Shown here one piece after another: positions 1 to 12,031 of a stretch of DNA of 57,627 nucleotides. Positions within the stretch are counted from its first letter, which is position 1. The number at the start of each line of letters is the position of its first letter. Location: positions 62,001 to 119,627 of the forward strand of contig CAUYUJ010000010.1 of NCBI GenBank assembly GCA_963575745.1, in the 5' to 3' direction. The notes under the pieces are model-generated. The model did not search any database and was not told where the DNA came from. It saw only the letters and a list, made by a program, of their open reading frames with translations. The stretch is from Prorocentrum cordatum. Taxonomy: Eukaryota. A program made the position numbers and the translations under genes.

Positions 1-831
1 GGCTATCTTGAGCCATGTTCGGCTAGAGGTTGCCGGAGGCTATCCTGAGCCAGGCTCTGCTATCTTGGACCATCTTGAGGCTGTCTTGAGGCCTCTTGGA
101 GGTCTGCTGGAGGATACCCTGATCCATGCTCGACCTCAGGACCCAGAACGTCTAGACACGATCCGTACTGAAAAACATGGTTCTGAGGGAAGGCCCCGTG
201 GTCCAGGATCCAGGACCTGTCTCTTTCAGGACCCGTTTGTGTCAGGCCTATCTCAGCCCACCCCCAGTGGCGCGAAGATCATCGCGCTTCGCGCATGGTG
301 GCTCGGGTGCGGAGGCGCCTTTCTCTAGGGCGACGGCCCGAGGCTGCGAAGAGAACGGCGCACCGCGGCGCGCGAGGCGCGCAGTCGGGTGACCCAGGAA
401 TCGGTGGACGTGGACACTCTCTCTCTCCCGCCCCTTCAGGGGCGGGCAGGCGTCCATGATCACCACTCCTCGGGAGGTCGTCGAGATCTCACTTGGCATC
501 GCTCGGACGTGTGCCTTTTCTCTCGGCGAGAACCGTCGAGGACCAGCCTGGACCCTCGAGCAAAAAAAGCACGCACGAAACCGAACAAATGCACGGGAAA
601 GGGACGTCCGAGCGATGGCGAGCTCAGGGCACGACTCCGAGGGGGTGGACCCGGGCACCGCAGGTGTTCGCGCCGTGCCGGCTTGGCGGAGCCCCCCCGG
701 CGCTGGCGCTCGGGGTGGAACGCTGCCAGCGGCCCGAGAGCGGCCTCGATCGCTCAAGGCTAAAAGAGGAGGAGGAGGAGGAGGAGGAGGAGGAGGAGGA
801 GGACGAGGACGAGGAGGAGGAGGAGGAGGAG

Positions 832-931
832 NNNNNNNNNNNNNNNNNNNNNNNNNNNNNNNNNNNNNNNNNNNNNNNNNNNNNNNNNNNNNNNNNNNNN
901 NNNNNNNNNNNNNNNNNNNNNNNNNNNNNNN
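832..931. other. Assembly gap (100 N)
   Basis: Run of N directly after a (GAG)n tract. Confidence 0.99.
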
Positions 932-1538
932 TAAAGACCTTCGCCGGGCCTCGCGGCCGTCGAAAAACGACTCAGGATGAAAAACCGGTCCTGGGGAATG
1001 GGTCGAGACTTCCAGGGACCCCGTATGGAAAAAAACACGACGAAGAGGATCTCGGGGCCCTTGGCGCGCAGAGCGCTCCAGGCGCCGGAGGCGCCGCCGG
1101 GGGGGCCCTGCACAATGGTTTTGTGCTTATGCCGCTTGCCCTCGTTCAGGGGGGGGACAGAACTCCCACCCCGACACGTCGATTAGCGAATTGGCCGTTT
1201 TCGGTTCGCGAGAGGGCGTCGCGGCCGTCATTTTTGCGGGTCCAGGTCCGTCGGTTTCGGCCCCAGGCCGTCTTCACCAAAGGGAGGTTTACTGAAGCGA
1301 GGTTTGCCCACCGCCGATGATTCCGCTTGCCCTTGTTCGACGAGTGCCGAGGGGTGGCCGGCGCGGCGGCGTGGTGCAGAGGCCGTGGGGGAGGTCTCGC
1401 CGCCGATGGCCGAGCCCGAGGCTCGCGCCACGAGGGGAGGCGAATAGCAGGAAGCTGCAGGATCGAGGATGGAGGTGTTTGGGCTTTCTCCTCCTCCTCC
1501 TCCTCCTCCTCATTTAGGTATATGTGTTGCGTGTTTTT

Positions 1539-2010
1539 GTTGCTAAGGCCTTACGGCCAGTGCCGCCGACCCTGGATACCTCGGCCCTCGAGGGTGACGG
1601 GATGCGTGATAAGACGTCGGAGGTAAATGAAGACGTGGCGGAGGAGGATGCGAAGGAGGAGGAGGAGGAGGAGGAGGAGGAGGAGGAGGAAGGGGAGGAG
1701 GAGGAAGGGGAGGAGGAGGAGGAGGAGGAGGAGGAGGAGGAGGAGGAGGAGGAGGAGGAGGAGGAGGAGGGGGAGGGAGACGGGGAGAGGGAGGGAGAGG
1801 GTCGCCCCGGGGGGTGCGTATCTGCCCACCCCCCACCCACACCCCCCCCAACCCCGGGTGGAGAGGGTAGGGAGGGGCTTCGCCACGACAACGAATTCCT
1901 TCTGTTTCGTGTTCGATTTCCTTTTATTTCGGGCGACGACGATGACGATGACGACGACGACGACGACGGTGATCCACGCAAGACGACGACACTGGGATGC
2001 GTCTTCCACA
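1539..2010 (-). mobile_element. Hairpin-ended, (GAG)n-carrying non-autonomous element, copy 1
   Basis: GGCC-TTAC-GGCC-AGT-GCCGCCGACCCT at 1547-1573, then (GAG)n. Flanked by the direct duplication taggta(t/g)atgtgttgcgtg at 1515-1533 and 2011-2029. Orientation is inferred. Confidence 0.6.
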
Positions 2011-2081
2011 TAGGTAGATGTGTTGCGTGCTTGTACTTCTTGGGTCCACAATCCGCCTGTAGAGGGACATGCCCGACCGAA
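2011..2081. mobile_element. MITE family A, right end only
   Basis: atccgcctgtagagggacatgcccgaccgaa matches the right TIR of the complete copies. The following 8 nt (tattagtt) fit nnnTAnnn. Confidence 0.7.
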
Positions 2082-2754
2082 TATTAGTTTTGGACGGGCT
2101 CGTGGCAGATTCCAGCACGGTTTTGGACGGGCCTGGGAGGCGTCACGAAAGCGCATTCTGAGCGCAATGGTTCCAGAGGATCTCCGCCATTTTCGGCCTC
2201 CCAGGCCCCAAGGCCGTTCGAGAGCAACCCAAAATGCGAATCTGGCTTGGAGAAAGCAAAGGTCGACAACCCGTTTGCTCCATGCCAGAATGGGAATCCC
2301 CAGGCGGCACACGAGGCAGGCATGTGTGTGTGTGTGTGCGGTATGGGCCGCCGCGGCACGTTGCTGCCTGCGTCCCTCCGCCGCCGTGCGGCATGCAGGT
2401 CTCCGCGCTGGAGGGTGTTCTGGCCACCCTTAGTGGGTCCCATACCTCCTCGCGTCGCGAGAAAAAAAAACGACGGCAGGTGTTGGCATTCGTTCGCCCT
2501 CTGGGGCTTTTGCCGGACCCCGTGACTGTCCATAACCTCGTGACGTGCCCAACCCATTGCATCAAGTGGCCAGATGAGTTGACCCACGTCGTTCTGGATG
2601 GTGACACTGTGAGAACCGTCATTCGCTGCGCGGGCTGCACTGGAGATGCCTGCCCGTTGCACGACCCACGGGACCTGCGCCGGCCGCGCGAGCAGGGGCC
2701 GGGGACCGGCGCGGAAGCGGCACGAGGAGTCGAGGTGCCGAGGCTCCGTCAGGC

Positions 2755-3100
2755 GTCGCTCCGCTGGACCCCAAGTGGCGACAGCTTCGCAGATCGCAGC
2801 CACCCCAGGGATGGCGAGGACGAATCTGAGTCTCCCCAGGACGTCGCCCCGCTGGCCCCGCCAACCTGCAGCCTTCCAAAACAGTGGCGACAGCGCCACG
2901 CTTCGCAACCTCTCCCCAAGGGATGGCGCGGACTGATCCGAGTCTCCGCTGGACCCCCCCCAGCAGTTTCGTAGATCGCAGCCCCCCGGGGACGGCGAGG
3001 TCTTGTAAAGGTCTGCGTGGGACGTCACTCCGCTGGAGCCCCCAGCAGCCCTCGAAAGTGGCGACAGTTTCGCAGTTCGCAGCCCCCTGGGGATGGCGTG
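2755..3100. repeat. Degenerate ~90-bp tandem repeat, ~4 units
   Basis: Recurring ccgctgg...gtggcgacag(c/t)ttcgcag..cgcagcc..gggatggcg units starting near 2760, 2850, 2945 and 3030. Confidence 0.7.
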
Positions 3101-3827
3101 GGCAAGCCAAGCAAACGGCAGGAGAGGAGAGGAGGGGAGAGAGGAGGAGAGAAACAGGAGGAGGGAAGAGAGGAGAAGGGAGGCGGGAGAAGGAGATGGA
3201 GACCGCCGGCAGGGGCAAGCCAAGTAGACAGCAGGAGAGGGAGAAGAGGACGAGGGAAGAGAGGAAGGAGGCGGGAAGGAGGGAGGAAGGGGACGCGATG
3301 GAGGTTGGGAGAGAGCAGGAGCGGAGAGGAGGAGGAGGAGGAGGAGGAGGAGGAGAAGGAGGAGGAGGGAGTCGTGAGAAGGAGCAGGTCGCGACCGCAG
3401 TGCTCTATTCCAAACGAGACCCCAACGCAGGAGGGTGGGGAAAAACGACTCGGGACGAAACACCGACTCCCATGGAAAAGCCCAGAGTTCTTGGGCTCCA
3501 CGTCGAACCAGAACACACGTGGCGTACGGGCTTCCCCAGGGGCCGGCCTCTTTCGCGCGCACGCGCCGTGGGAGAAGTGTTCTTGTTTGCCCGCCGCGAG
3601 TGGCTCGCGGCGAGAGAGCTCTCCAGTCGTACTTCTTAGGGCTCCCCAGGCCCCGGCACCCCCGTCTTCAGGAGGACGCTGACCAGGCATCTGTGCCGAG
3701 CCTGGCAAGACCGGCGCATGCACCGATCCCGCCGAGGATGGGCCTGGGCTGGATCGGCACAGGCATACGGTTGCTTGGCGCCCTCCGAGCCTCTCCCACG
3801 GGCCCCCCTCTCTTGCTGAGCCCCGAG

Positions 3828-4020
3828 GAGGCTGGGCTGGCAGCGCTGGCGCTTCCGCTGTCGCTGCCGTACCTGCGCGTGCCGGAACTCCTGCGGTGCT
3901 GCCAGGCGGCGCCGCGGTGGCGGGGCGAGGTCGAGTCTTGGCGCGACAGTCACGCCCACAGGGCGGGCGCCGGCGCCACGGCCCTCCACGCGGCGCTCGA
4001 CGCAGCAGACCCTTCCCGGG
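3828..4020 (+). CDS. Candidate exon with an F-box-like motif followed by an ankyrin-like ATALHAA; 3' boundary uncertain
   Basis: AG acceptor at 3826-3827, then in-frame EAGLAALALPLSLPYLRVPELLRCCQAAPRWRGE...GATALHAALD. LPYLxxxELLRxxQxxxxW resembles the F-box consensus. Confidence 0.4.
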
Positions 4021-4044
4021 AGCTCCCCGCTGTGCATGCCGACT

Positions 4045-4262
4045 GTCGACCGGGGGCCCCAGACGGTGCGGTGACCACACCGTGTGGTGGGGCGACCGCA
4101 CGGTGTTGGGACCTGCGGCGTTCTCCGAGGGCGCTTCGGGCGACTGGGGCCTGCCAGGGAACCCAAAGCCGTGCGGTGGCGGATCGTGCGGTGGTGTCTT
4201 CGGGGATTCCGAGGTCAGCACACGGTCTGACACCGCACCGTTTCGGGACCCCCAAGCCCAGG
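4045..4262. repeat. Dispersed repeat, paralog of 39215-39435
   Basis: Shared ggtgacc(a/g)caccgtg, gcacggt..tgggac, cgttctccgagg, gcgactggggc and gttcgaggtca/ccgaggtca blocks in the same order. Confidence 0.7.
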
Positions 4263-5103
4263 CCGCCGACGTCATGGTTTTTTATAAACACAAAATCATG
4301 ACGTACAACTCTAGAGGTCTGGACCCCTTCCTGAGGACTGACTTTTCAACCCGAGCCTCTCTGTTCACAGCCTCGCGGCTCAGTGAGGGCCGCCGACGGC
4401 TTCGGATCGTCAACAATTTCCCGTCCCTTGTTTGTCACCACGCGAGGGGGTCTGAGAGTCAACCCCGCCCCCGGGGGCGCCATCGAACGGCCGCGGGCCC
4501 TGGCCCGTGGAGCGGCGATCGCACCAGCAGGGGCGGGCGCGAGCGCCGCGGCAGTCCCCACGCGGCGCTCCTCGGCGCAGCAGCCGCCCTCCACCAGGGG
4601 GCGTCGGCTGTACACCCACACCGCTCCTGGCCAGGCCGACCCTGGGCCACGGATCGGTGCGTGCCCAGGCGTGCTCGTGTCGTGGCACAAAAAAAAGGCG
4701 GGCGGTTCTTGGCAGTTTTCGGCCCCCGGGGTCCCTCGCCAGGCCCTGGGGTGGGCCAAGAGCGGGGCCGGGGCTCGGGACGGCAAGCACCGCCGCTAAT
4801 CAAGCACCTCCTCTTTCGTTCAGAAAAGAAACCGCTGGTAAACCGCTGGTTTGTTTAACTGTGCCTGCATCTCGGGGGTGTTCATGGGAAGTTTCAGGCC
4901 AAACATGGCTCTCTATTCCATAATGGTCTCTGACCGCTCCTGGGGAGAGGGGCCGGACCTGCGAGGGGCCCGTGTCGAAACAAGGCAAGACATCCCACGT
5001 CTGGGTATAGGCCTCCCTCGCCAGCCCAGGAGGGCGTCTGCAGCCGACCGAGGTGTGAGGTCGAGGTCGGCTCGGGGAGGGTACCTTCATGTTCTTGGTG
5101 CTT

Positions 5104-5150
5104 GTGGAAAAACACACACCAACAAGCACACACAAAACACACACACACGC

Positions 5151-5181
<31 letters not shown>

Positions 5182-5284
5182 TACTCATACTCATACACAT
5201 ACACACACATACACACAAAAAACACACACATACACACACGTATGTGTTTTTGTTATGTGTTTGTGTGTGTGAGTGTTTTCCCAC
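5104..5284. repeat. CA-rich foldback (imperfect inverted repeat)
   Basis: gtggaaaaacacacac...(CATACA)n... mirrored by ...gtgtgtgagtgttttcccac. Confidence 0.6.
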
Positions 5285-5393
5285 GGATTTGATTGTGCCT
5301 CCTGGGGGAGGGTGCCCTCGACTGCTCTTCAGTGTGGCCGGCGGAGGGTCTCATGTTCTTGAAGGGTGGTTTCCTGGCCCAGGCCTGACTGTA

Positions 5394-5569
5394 CAGTCGG
5401 GGCGCTGAATAAGGAACCCTTTTCGTTGGGGAGGGGCTCGGTGTTCCTTGATTGTTTTACAGTTTGCCTTGGATTTTCCTGAGGTTCTCCATGGGAAGTC
5501 GAAGTTTAACTGATGGGAAAAGGGGGCCTCGTTCCTTATTTGGGGTTCGTTAGGTCATAGCCCCGACTG
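5394..5569. mobile_element. MITE family B (Tc1/mariner-type), complete copy
   Basis: TA|CAGTCGGGGC ... GCCCCGACTG|TA. Internal inverted aataaggaac/gttccttatt. Homologous copies at 31802 and 32141. Confidence 0.85.
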
Positions 5570-6508
5570 TACCCGGATCCCCGGCCCAAGGTGAGCCCAA
5601 CCAGGATCGGCGCAGCAGTACTGTCAAGGGTTTGTTCTTTGTTCGGTCGGTCCGGTCATGTCGTGGTCGGTTTCGCTCTCGGTCGATTCGGTTCGGTGCG
5701 GCCCGTTGTGTTGTGCCGTCGCTGCGTCGCTGCGGCCTGTCAGTTTCGGTGGGTTTCGGTGTCGCTGTTGGTTCTGTCAGGTTTCCGTTATGCTGTCGCC
5801 GTGGGTGGCCTCGTTGTACAGTGGAAACCCATGCCAAGAAACACCCTGCTTGCATCCAGGGTGCCCTGGGTTTCCTGGGTTTCGATGGTTTTGCTACGGG
5901 AAGCGTGACGTTCCCACACCTAAAACCAAAGGACGTTCTGGAGTCTCAGGGTTGGGTTTCTTGTGGAAGGTTTCTTGCGGTCGGGCCCCTACTGTACATG
6001 CTTGACCCAGGGCGCCACCGAGAGACCAGGGCCAGCAGGCTTGGAAGGGCTCCGGCCCGCGGAGGCACACTCTGGGCGTCGGAGCCTCCCAGGACCGACC
6101 TGGCGCGAAACAACTTCTGCACGCAATCACGGCTTGAGAGCTCTTAATTGTTCGTGATGCATGTTTTGTTTACCTTTTTTCGGGGGGTCCAGGAACGTGG
6201 CCCTCTTCCCCAAGCCATGCCCCCCTGAAGAAAGCTCCCAAGAAGAAAGAAAGGATCCCGAGGGAAAGGGTCTTGCGGTCTTCGCCACCTTCGGCCTCTC
6301 AGGGCTCCCCTCCCAGACCCAGGACTGCTAGAGACCGACTCGGCATAAGAGGCCACGGAGCAGGGACAGATGGGGGAGGAGAGGCGACGCATGGAGGTGG
6401 GCCGCAAGACCATGCTCTGGGCAAGGGAGCCTGTCCGCACCACCGCTGGGAGAACCAATTGGCCCCGCCTTCAAACATCCTCCCCAGGTGCGCCCCCCGC
6501 AGGAAAAC

Positions 6509-6680
6509 TTGGCGGCGCGCACAAGGGGGGTAGGGGGAGGGGGGAGGGCTTCTTAGAAGGAGGCTGCTTCTTAGAAGGCGCCGGCCTTACATCTACAAAG
6601 AAGGCCCGTGGCGTCTAAGAAGCAGGGGTGCTTCTAAGAAGCCCTCCCCCCTCCCCCCACCCCCCTCTGCGCGTGGCTGA
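6509..6680. mobile_element. Palindromic ~170-bp repeat (family C) with repeated TTCTnAGAAG motifs
   Basis: Near-identical to 46372-46540 and to the reverse complement of 47926-48095. The G-rich left arm mirrors the C-rich right arm. Confidence 0.8.
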
Positions 6681-6699
6681 AAAACGGGGTCGATGGCGC

Positions 6700-6856
6700 G
6701 GACATGGATCCAGGGGGCGTGGATTGGCGACGGGTCCCGTTTCCACTGGAAGTCGCGGATTTCCGCCGCCAGCGAGGCGGCCCGGGCCGCATGCTGGGGA
6801 GGGCACCTCCCCCGATCCATGGATCTGGCGACCGCGCGCCAAATCCATGGATCGCG
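6700..6856. repeat. Dispersed repeat family D
   Basis: catggat..agggggcgtggatt(g/a)gcgacgggtcccgtttcca...gagggcacctccccc...ccgcgcgccaaa.cca.ggatcgc, also at ~47430-47585 and ~53581-53746. Confidence 0.85.
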
Positions 6857-7824
6857 TCAATTCTCCTGTTGTGATGGCACTTGATTCGATGCCAATCTCA
6901 AATGTTTGACTGGTTGCCATTGATCAAGTCTACAGCTTTGCAAGGACACAGTCGACAAAATGAGAAGCCTCATTTGTCCTGGCAGCTGTTGTTGAGTTGT
7001 TCACATTCTGAAAACGCTTGATCAGAACATTCTCTACCCTACACCTTAGGCGATGCTTGAGAAAACTTGAGTTTTCGGCCAGAGTCTCGATTGTTCTTAA
7101 CGTTTCAATGTAAACCCCAAGTTTTGAATAGAAATGCTGGGTTTTTTATTCCAGATCTGAGACTATGAATTTCTGAACCCATGATTTCTTAAGCATTTCG
7201 CAGGGTGTAAGCCAAGCACAGAATGATGCACCATTGGCTATCTCTTCCTTGGCCCGGGAAAGCGGGGTCGACGGCGCGGACCCTCGCGCGCGAGCTGCCT
7301 GCCCTAAGAGCGGCCGCGCTGGCCGCCCTCTTCTCCCAGGGCGGCGCGGCAGGCCGGCGGCCCACGCAAGCCACGGCGCAGGGTCGCTCCAGCCAGCCCG
7401 CGTGGCAAGGAAGGGCATCCTTCCCCAGGCGACCCACTGCTCATCTCTAGGTAGTCGAAAAGTCTTTGACCTTTTTGGGGGGCCAAGATCCTGTCGTGTC
7501 TAATGGTTCTATCCGGGGCCTCTTCCTGGCCACTGGGGGCCAGAACAATCAGAAACGAGCAGAATTAGGAATGAGCACGATTAGAAGTGAACGACGTGTA
7601 CCCTTTCATCCTTGCCCCTTCGGCCCGTCCTTAGCGACTTTCGCTGGCCAGCCTACGTCGAAAAACAGCGTGTACCCTCAGAGGTCTGGATCCCTTCCCA
7701 GGGACCGGCTTCTCATCCGAGTCGTTTTCGAATTGTCCTGGGGCCCGTTGAGGCCCCCCAGAGGCCGAAGACGGCGAAAAGTCGTCCGACGTGTTTTTTG
7801 TGACGACGCGAGGGGGATCTAGGG

Positions 7825-7991
7825 TTAAGTCGGGCGTGTCCCTCTACAGGAGCAATATTCAGAAATATTCCCCAAAAAATTGAATGGGGACGACTCTTAT
7901 GTATTTTTGACTACTTTGGAGTTTTGTTTTGGTTGGTATGTTTTCAATTTGTCCTCCAGAATCCTCCTGTAGGAGGACGTGCCCGACCGGA
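7825..7991. mobile_element. MITE family A, complete
   Basis: TIRs ttaagtcgggcgtgtccctctacagg / cctgtaggaggacgtgcccgaccgga around an AT-rich core. Perfect 8-bp TSD atctaggg at 7817-7824 and 7992-7999. Confidence 0.9.
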
Positions 7992-8376
7992 ATCTAGGGA
8001 CGGTGCGGGGCGGTCCTGGCGATGACGGCGGCGGTACGCGACGGGGCTCTCCCGGTGGTCCGCCCCAGACCCGCCGCACGAGCGCCGCGCGCGCGGCGGC
8101 GGCGGCGGGCTCGCGGAGCTGGGGATGGGACGAAAGGGCACCAGCACCGCAGCTCCCTGGACCTCTCCTGGGGTTTTGATGTTCCAAAACCTACTTGAGC
8201 CTTGACTGCCAGACAAACCGAGCATCAAGAAAGTACTAAGGCTTGAGGGTGTTCACGTGTCGGGCCCTGGGAGGCGATGCTCGTTCGACGATGTTTCGAT
8301 ACTCCTCTTGGTGCTCAAAGTTGCCTCTGGGATGCCGTCCTTAAGTACGACGGGAACAGCATAATCCTGGGGTATT

Positions 8377-8495
8377 GGAGAGGCCTGACGGCCAGCGCCG
8401 CCGACCCTGATCGAAAGGGCTAGGAGTGGGGGGAGGAAGCGGAGGATGATGAGGAGGAGGGGGAGGAGGAGGAGGAGGAGGAGAAGAAGGAGGAG
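8377..8495 (-). mobile_element. Hairpin-ended, (GAG)n-carrying element, copy 2
   Basis: GGCC-TGAC-GGCC-AGC-GCCGCCGACCCT at 8382-8408, then GAG-rich sequence. Flanked by cctgggg(t/c)att at 8366-8376 and 8496-8506. Confidence 0.6.
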
Positions 8496-8749
8496 CCTGG
8501 GGCATTTTCAGACCTTCATTTTTCGGGCGTCGCGTGAGGGTGGGGCGACAGCTGCGGCGACGCCACAGAGCGGGGGCCGCCTGCGCGGGCACTCGGCGCG
8601 CGAGCTCCCCGCGCGAGGCCGCGCGCGAGCGCCCCCGTCTCCGATGCAGCATGCCGCGCCGGCGGGGCGCGTGAGCCACCGCATGGGGTCGCTATGCCAT
8701 CTCGCGCCAGACCCGCTTTTGACCGCCGCTCACATGCAGCGGGGAGAGA

Positions 8750-9152
8750 CTGCGGGAAGAAAAAACACACACTGTGGGACAAATCACACACACACACAGT
8801 GGGGAAAAACACAGCTGTGGGAAAACAAACACACACACACACCAACACAACACAACACAACACAACACAACACAACACAACACAACACAACACAACACAA
8901 CACAACACAACACAACACAACACAACACAACACAACACAACACAACACAACACAACACAACACACACACACACTGTGTGTGTGCTGTTCCCCCCAAAACA
9001 CACTGTTGGAAAAACACACACAGTGAACAAAAAACACAGCTGTGGGAAACAACACACACACACAGTGGGAATCAACACAGTTGTGTGTGTTTCCCCCAAA
9101 ACACACTGTGTTTTTGTACATGTTTTCCCACATTGTGTTTTTGTCCCACAGG
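8750..9152. repeat. CA-rich foldback element containing a (CAACA)n microsatellite
   Basis: ctgtggga(c/a)aaa-cacac units on the left, inverted gtgtttt(t/g)tcccaca units on the right. Pure (CAACA)n at ~8843-8962. Confidence 0.75.
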
Positions 9153-9345
9153 TGCGCCCGCTGATCGGCCCCCAGTAAGCAGCGCCCCAGGGACGAACAT
9201 GTCATCCCGACGGGCCCAGGGGGGGAGACCTGGGAGCCCGAAAGGGGGCTCGCAAGCATTCGGGACCCGCTTCCTTGGGGACCCTGCTGCCTCGTAGCGA
9301 CCTCCTTGGGGGCTCTGTCGCTTCGTAGCGACCTCCCCCTTTGAG

Positions 9346-9624
9346 GAGCACGTCCTCGAGCTCGGCTGGCGCGCGCCGGCGCTGCTGCGGGCGCGCGACT
9401 GCGCGGGGCGCCCGCCGCTGCTGCGGGCGGCGCAGCTCGGCGCCGCGCCGCTGGTGGCGGCTCTGCTGTGCGCGCGGGCGGACTCCGCCGCGCGCGGCGG
9501 CCACGGCTGGACGGCGCTGCACGCCGCCGCGGCGTGCGGCCACGTCGAGGCCTGCGGCGTGCTGCTGGCCGCGCGCGCGGACGCGGGCGCGCGGACGACG
9601 GACCGGGGCCAGGGCCGGGGAAAG
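9346..9624 (+). CDS. Ankyrin-repeat protein, internal exon
   Basis: AG|GAG acceptor, 93 open codons: ...ARDCAGRPPLLRAAQLGAAPLVAALLCARADSAARGGHGWTALHAAAACGHVEACGVLLAARADAGART..., i.e. two clear ankyrin repeats. Ends at an AAG|GC donor in phase 0. Confidence 0.85.
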
Positions 9625-10039
9625 GCGTCCCCCACCTCCTCCTCGGACCACCGCTGGGCTTGCTAAGGGGATGGGGGGGGGTACTAAGTAGATGTGATGG
9701 GCCTGCTGTCCACCACCACCACCATACGTTGGAGGGGGAGGGGGTCCTCCTCCTGCTCCTCCTCATCCTCCTCCTCCTCCTCGTCCTCCTCCTCCTTCTC
9801 CTCCTCCTCCTCGCCCTCCTCCTCCTCGTCCTGCACCTCCTTCCCCCCTCCAGCTTATGGTGGTGGTGGTGGTGGTGGAAAACAGGCCCATCCGGATGCC
9901 AAGTTGGATTGCGCCCAGGGGACACCTAGCTTATCAGTGGGTTGCAGCTGGAGTCCGAGCCAGGTGCCGAGGTAGGTGATGACGACGATGTCGGCTGCGC
10001 TGAGGATAATGTTGCCAGCATAGCTCTTGGCTGCGCTGG

Positions 10040-11065
10040 CGACGATGGTGGCGCCCGCGATCCAAAGCTGCGCTGACGAGCGCGCTGTCAACGAAGCTCC
10101 CGGCTGCACTGGCGAGGATGATGGCGTCGGTGATCCAAGCTGTGCTGACGAGGGTGCCGTCGTCGACGCTGCCAGCTGCGCACGTCGCCATCGAAGCTCC
10201 CGGCTGCGCTGGCGAGGGCGACGGCATTGGCAATCGAGGTTGTGGAGGTGAGGATGCTGGCGTCGAAGGCCTCGATTGCGCGGACGAGGATGAAGGCTTC
10301 GGCGATCCGGGGCTTGCCGACGAGGACGCCATCATCGCAGCTTTCGGCTTCGCTGGCGAGGGCGACGGCGCTGGCGATCCCGGCTGCGCAGGCGAGGGTG
10401 CTGGCGAGGCTCGCGGCCGTGCTGGCGAGGACCATGGCGCCAGTGACCCAGGCGAGGAAAATGGCGCCAGCGGTCCCAGCAGCGGCGGCGAGGATGCTGG
10501 CGTCGATGCTCTCGATGGCGCCGACGAGGATGCTGGCCTCAGCGATCCAGGCTGTGCTGACGAGGATGCCGGCACCGATGCACTTAGCTGCGCATCCAGA
10601 CGGTGCAAGCGAGGATGCTGGCGCCGATGCCGTCGGCAGCGCTGCCGAGGCTGGCGGCGCAGGCAAGTCAGCGTGCAGAGGAAGGAGGCTGGGGAGGGCG
10701 GGGCAGCGGCGGTTCCGAGCAGGCCGCGCTTGCTGGGTAAGGGACCTCCGAGAGGTCGACCCCCCCTGCGCAGGGTGGTCCCGAGGCAGGGGGAGGGACC
10801 GCTCTGGCAGCCCCTGCTGCCTCGTAGATGCCGGCGATCCCTCCACCTGCGCGGGACGGTCCCGCAGCAGGCGAAGGTGACCTGGCTGGCAGCGCCGCCT
10901 CGCCCAGGGCGGCCTGGAACTGCGCCGACGAGCATGCTGGCGTCGGAGCCGGAGCTCCAGGTTGTTATCGAAGCATTTGGCCGCGCTGGCGAGGATGGTG
11001 GCATCGACGATCTGGGCTACGCTGATGAAGATGTTGGTGTCAATGGTCTCGGCGGTGCTGTCGAG
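10040..11065. repeat. Degenerate GC-rich minisatellite in the ankyrin-gene intron
   Basis: Recurring gatcc.ggctg(c/t)gctg(a/g)cgaggatgctggcg units, interrupted at ~10670-10900. Confidence 0.7.
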
Positions 11066-12031
11066 GAAGCTTGCGTCGGCGCTCCCCGCAGAGCAGCGTA
11101 CGTGGCGCCCGCAGCGTGCGTGGCGCCCGCAGCGTGCGTGGCGCCAGCGGCGCGGGCGGCGCCAGCGGCGCCGGCAGCGCCTGCGGTGCCATCCTCGCGC
11201 CCGTGGCTTCTGGCGCAGAAACCCGCGGCGCAGGCGGCGGCCGCGGCACCGGCGGCGCCCGCAGCGCCCACGGCGCCCGCGGCGCCCGCAGCGTCCACAG
11301 CGGCGCCGGCGGCGTCCCCAGCGCCCTTGCCAGCGAGCAAGCCGCCTGCCGCCGACACCACTTGCGAAAACTCGACAGCGGCGGCAGCAGCCGCGGCCGT
11401 GGCCGCAGGGCCAGGTGGCGCCGCAGCAGCGCAGGCCGCTGCAGCGTCGCAGCCGCAACGCCAGCGGCGGCGGCGGCGGGCGAAAAGGCGGCGGCGCCAC
11501 AGCAGTGGCGGTCGCCGCGGCGCCGCCGCGGCTGGCCGCGGCGACAGCCTCGGGAGCCGCGGAGGCTGTGACAGCCGCCGCAGCGGCGCCGGCCAAAGGC
11601 ACCCAGGCCAGGGTTCCCCACAGGCCCACGCAACGCTGCAGGGGCGGCAGGCCAGGGGCGCAGCGGCGCCGGCGGCACGGCCAGCGGCGCGCGCCAGTGC
11701 CGCCGACGCCGCGCTGTGGCGGTCTCCATCAGCGCCGGGCTGGAGCACGCGCCTGAGCCAGGGGCGTGATCGAGCCCAGATGGCCTTGAGTCAAGGCTTG
11801 GACCAAAGAGCTATGGAATGACGACACACACACATCAGGGTGGGTACAGGGGGTCTGGGTGCGGGGGCGAGCGGAGAGGGCGAGAGGAGGAGATGGGGGA
11901 GACAGTGGACAAGAGGACGGGGAGAGCGGTTGTTCCCGCCGCCCACGCCACCGCCGCCCACGCCGCCGCCGCTGCCGCCACGCACGCCGCCGTCGCCGCT
12001 GCCGCGGGAGCGAGAGCACCCGCCCACGAAG

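Noticed and set aside
7..25. Minus-strand SL-like tagccgaacatggctcaag
   Set aside because: The central ATTTT is missing, and it lies within the cttg-rich repeat family at the window edge.
10118..11821. 567-aa ORF as a protein-coding exon
   Set aside because: It consists of a minisatellite and GC-rich Ala/Pro low complexity, and lies inside an intron whose flanking ankyrin exons join cleanly without it.
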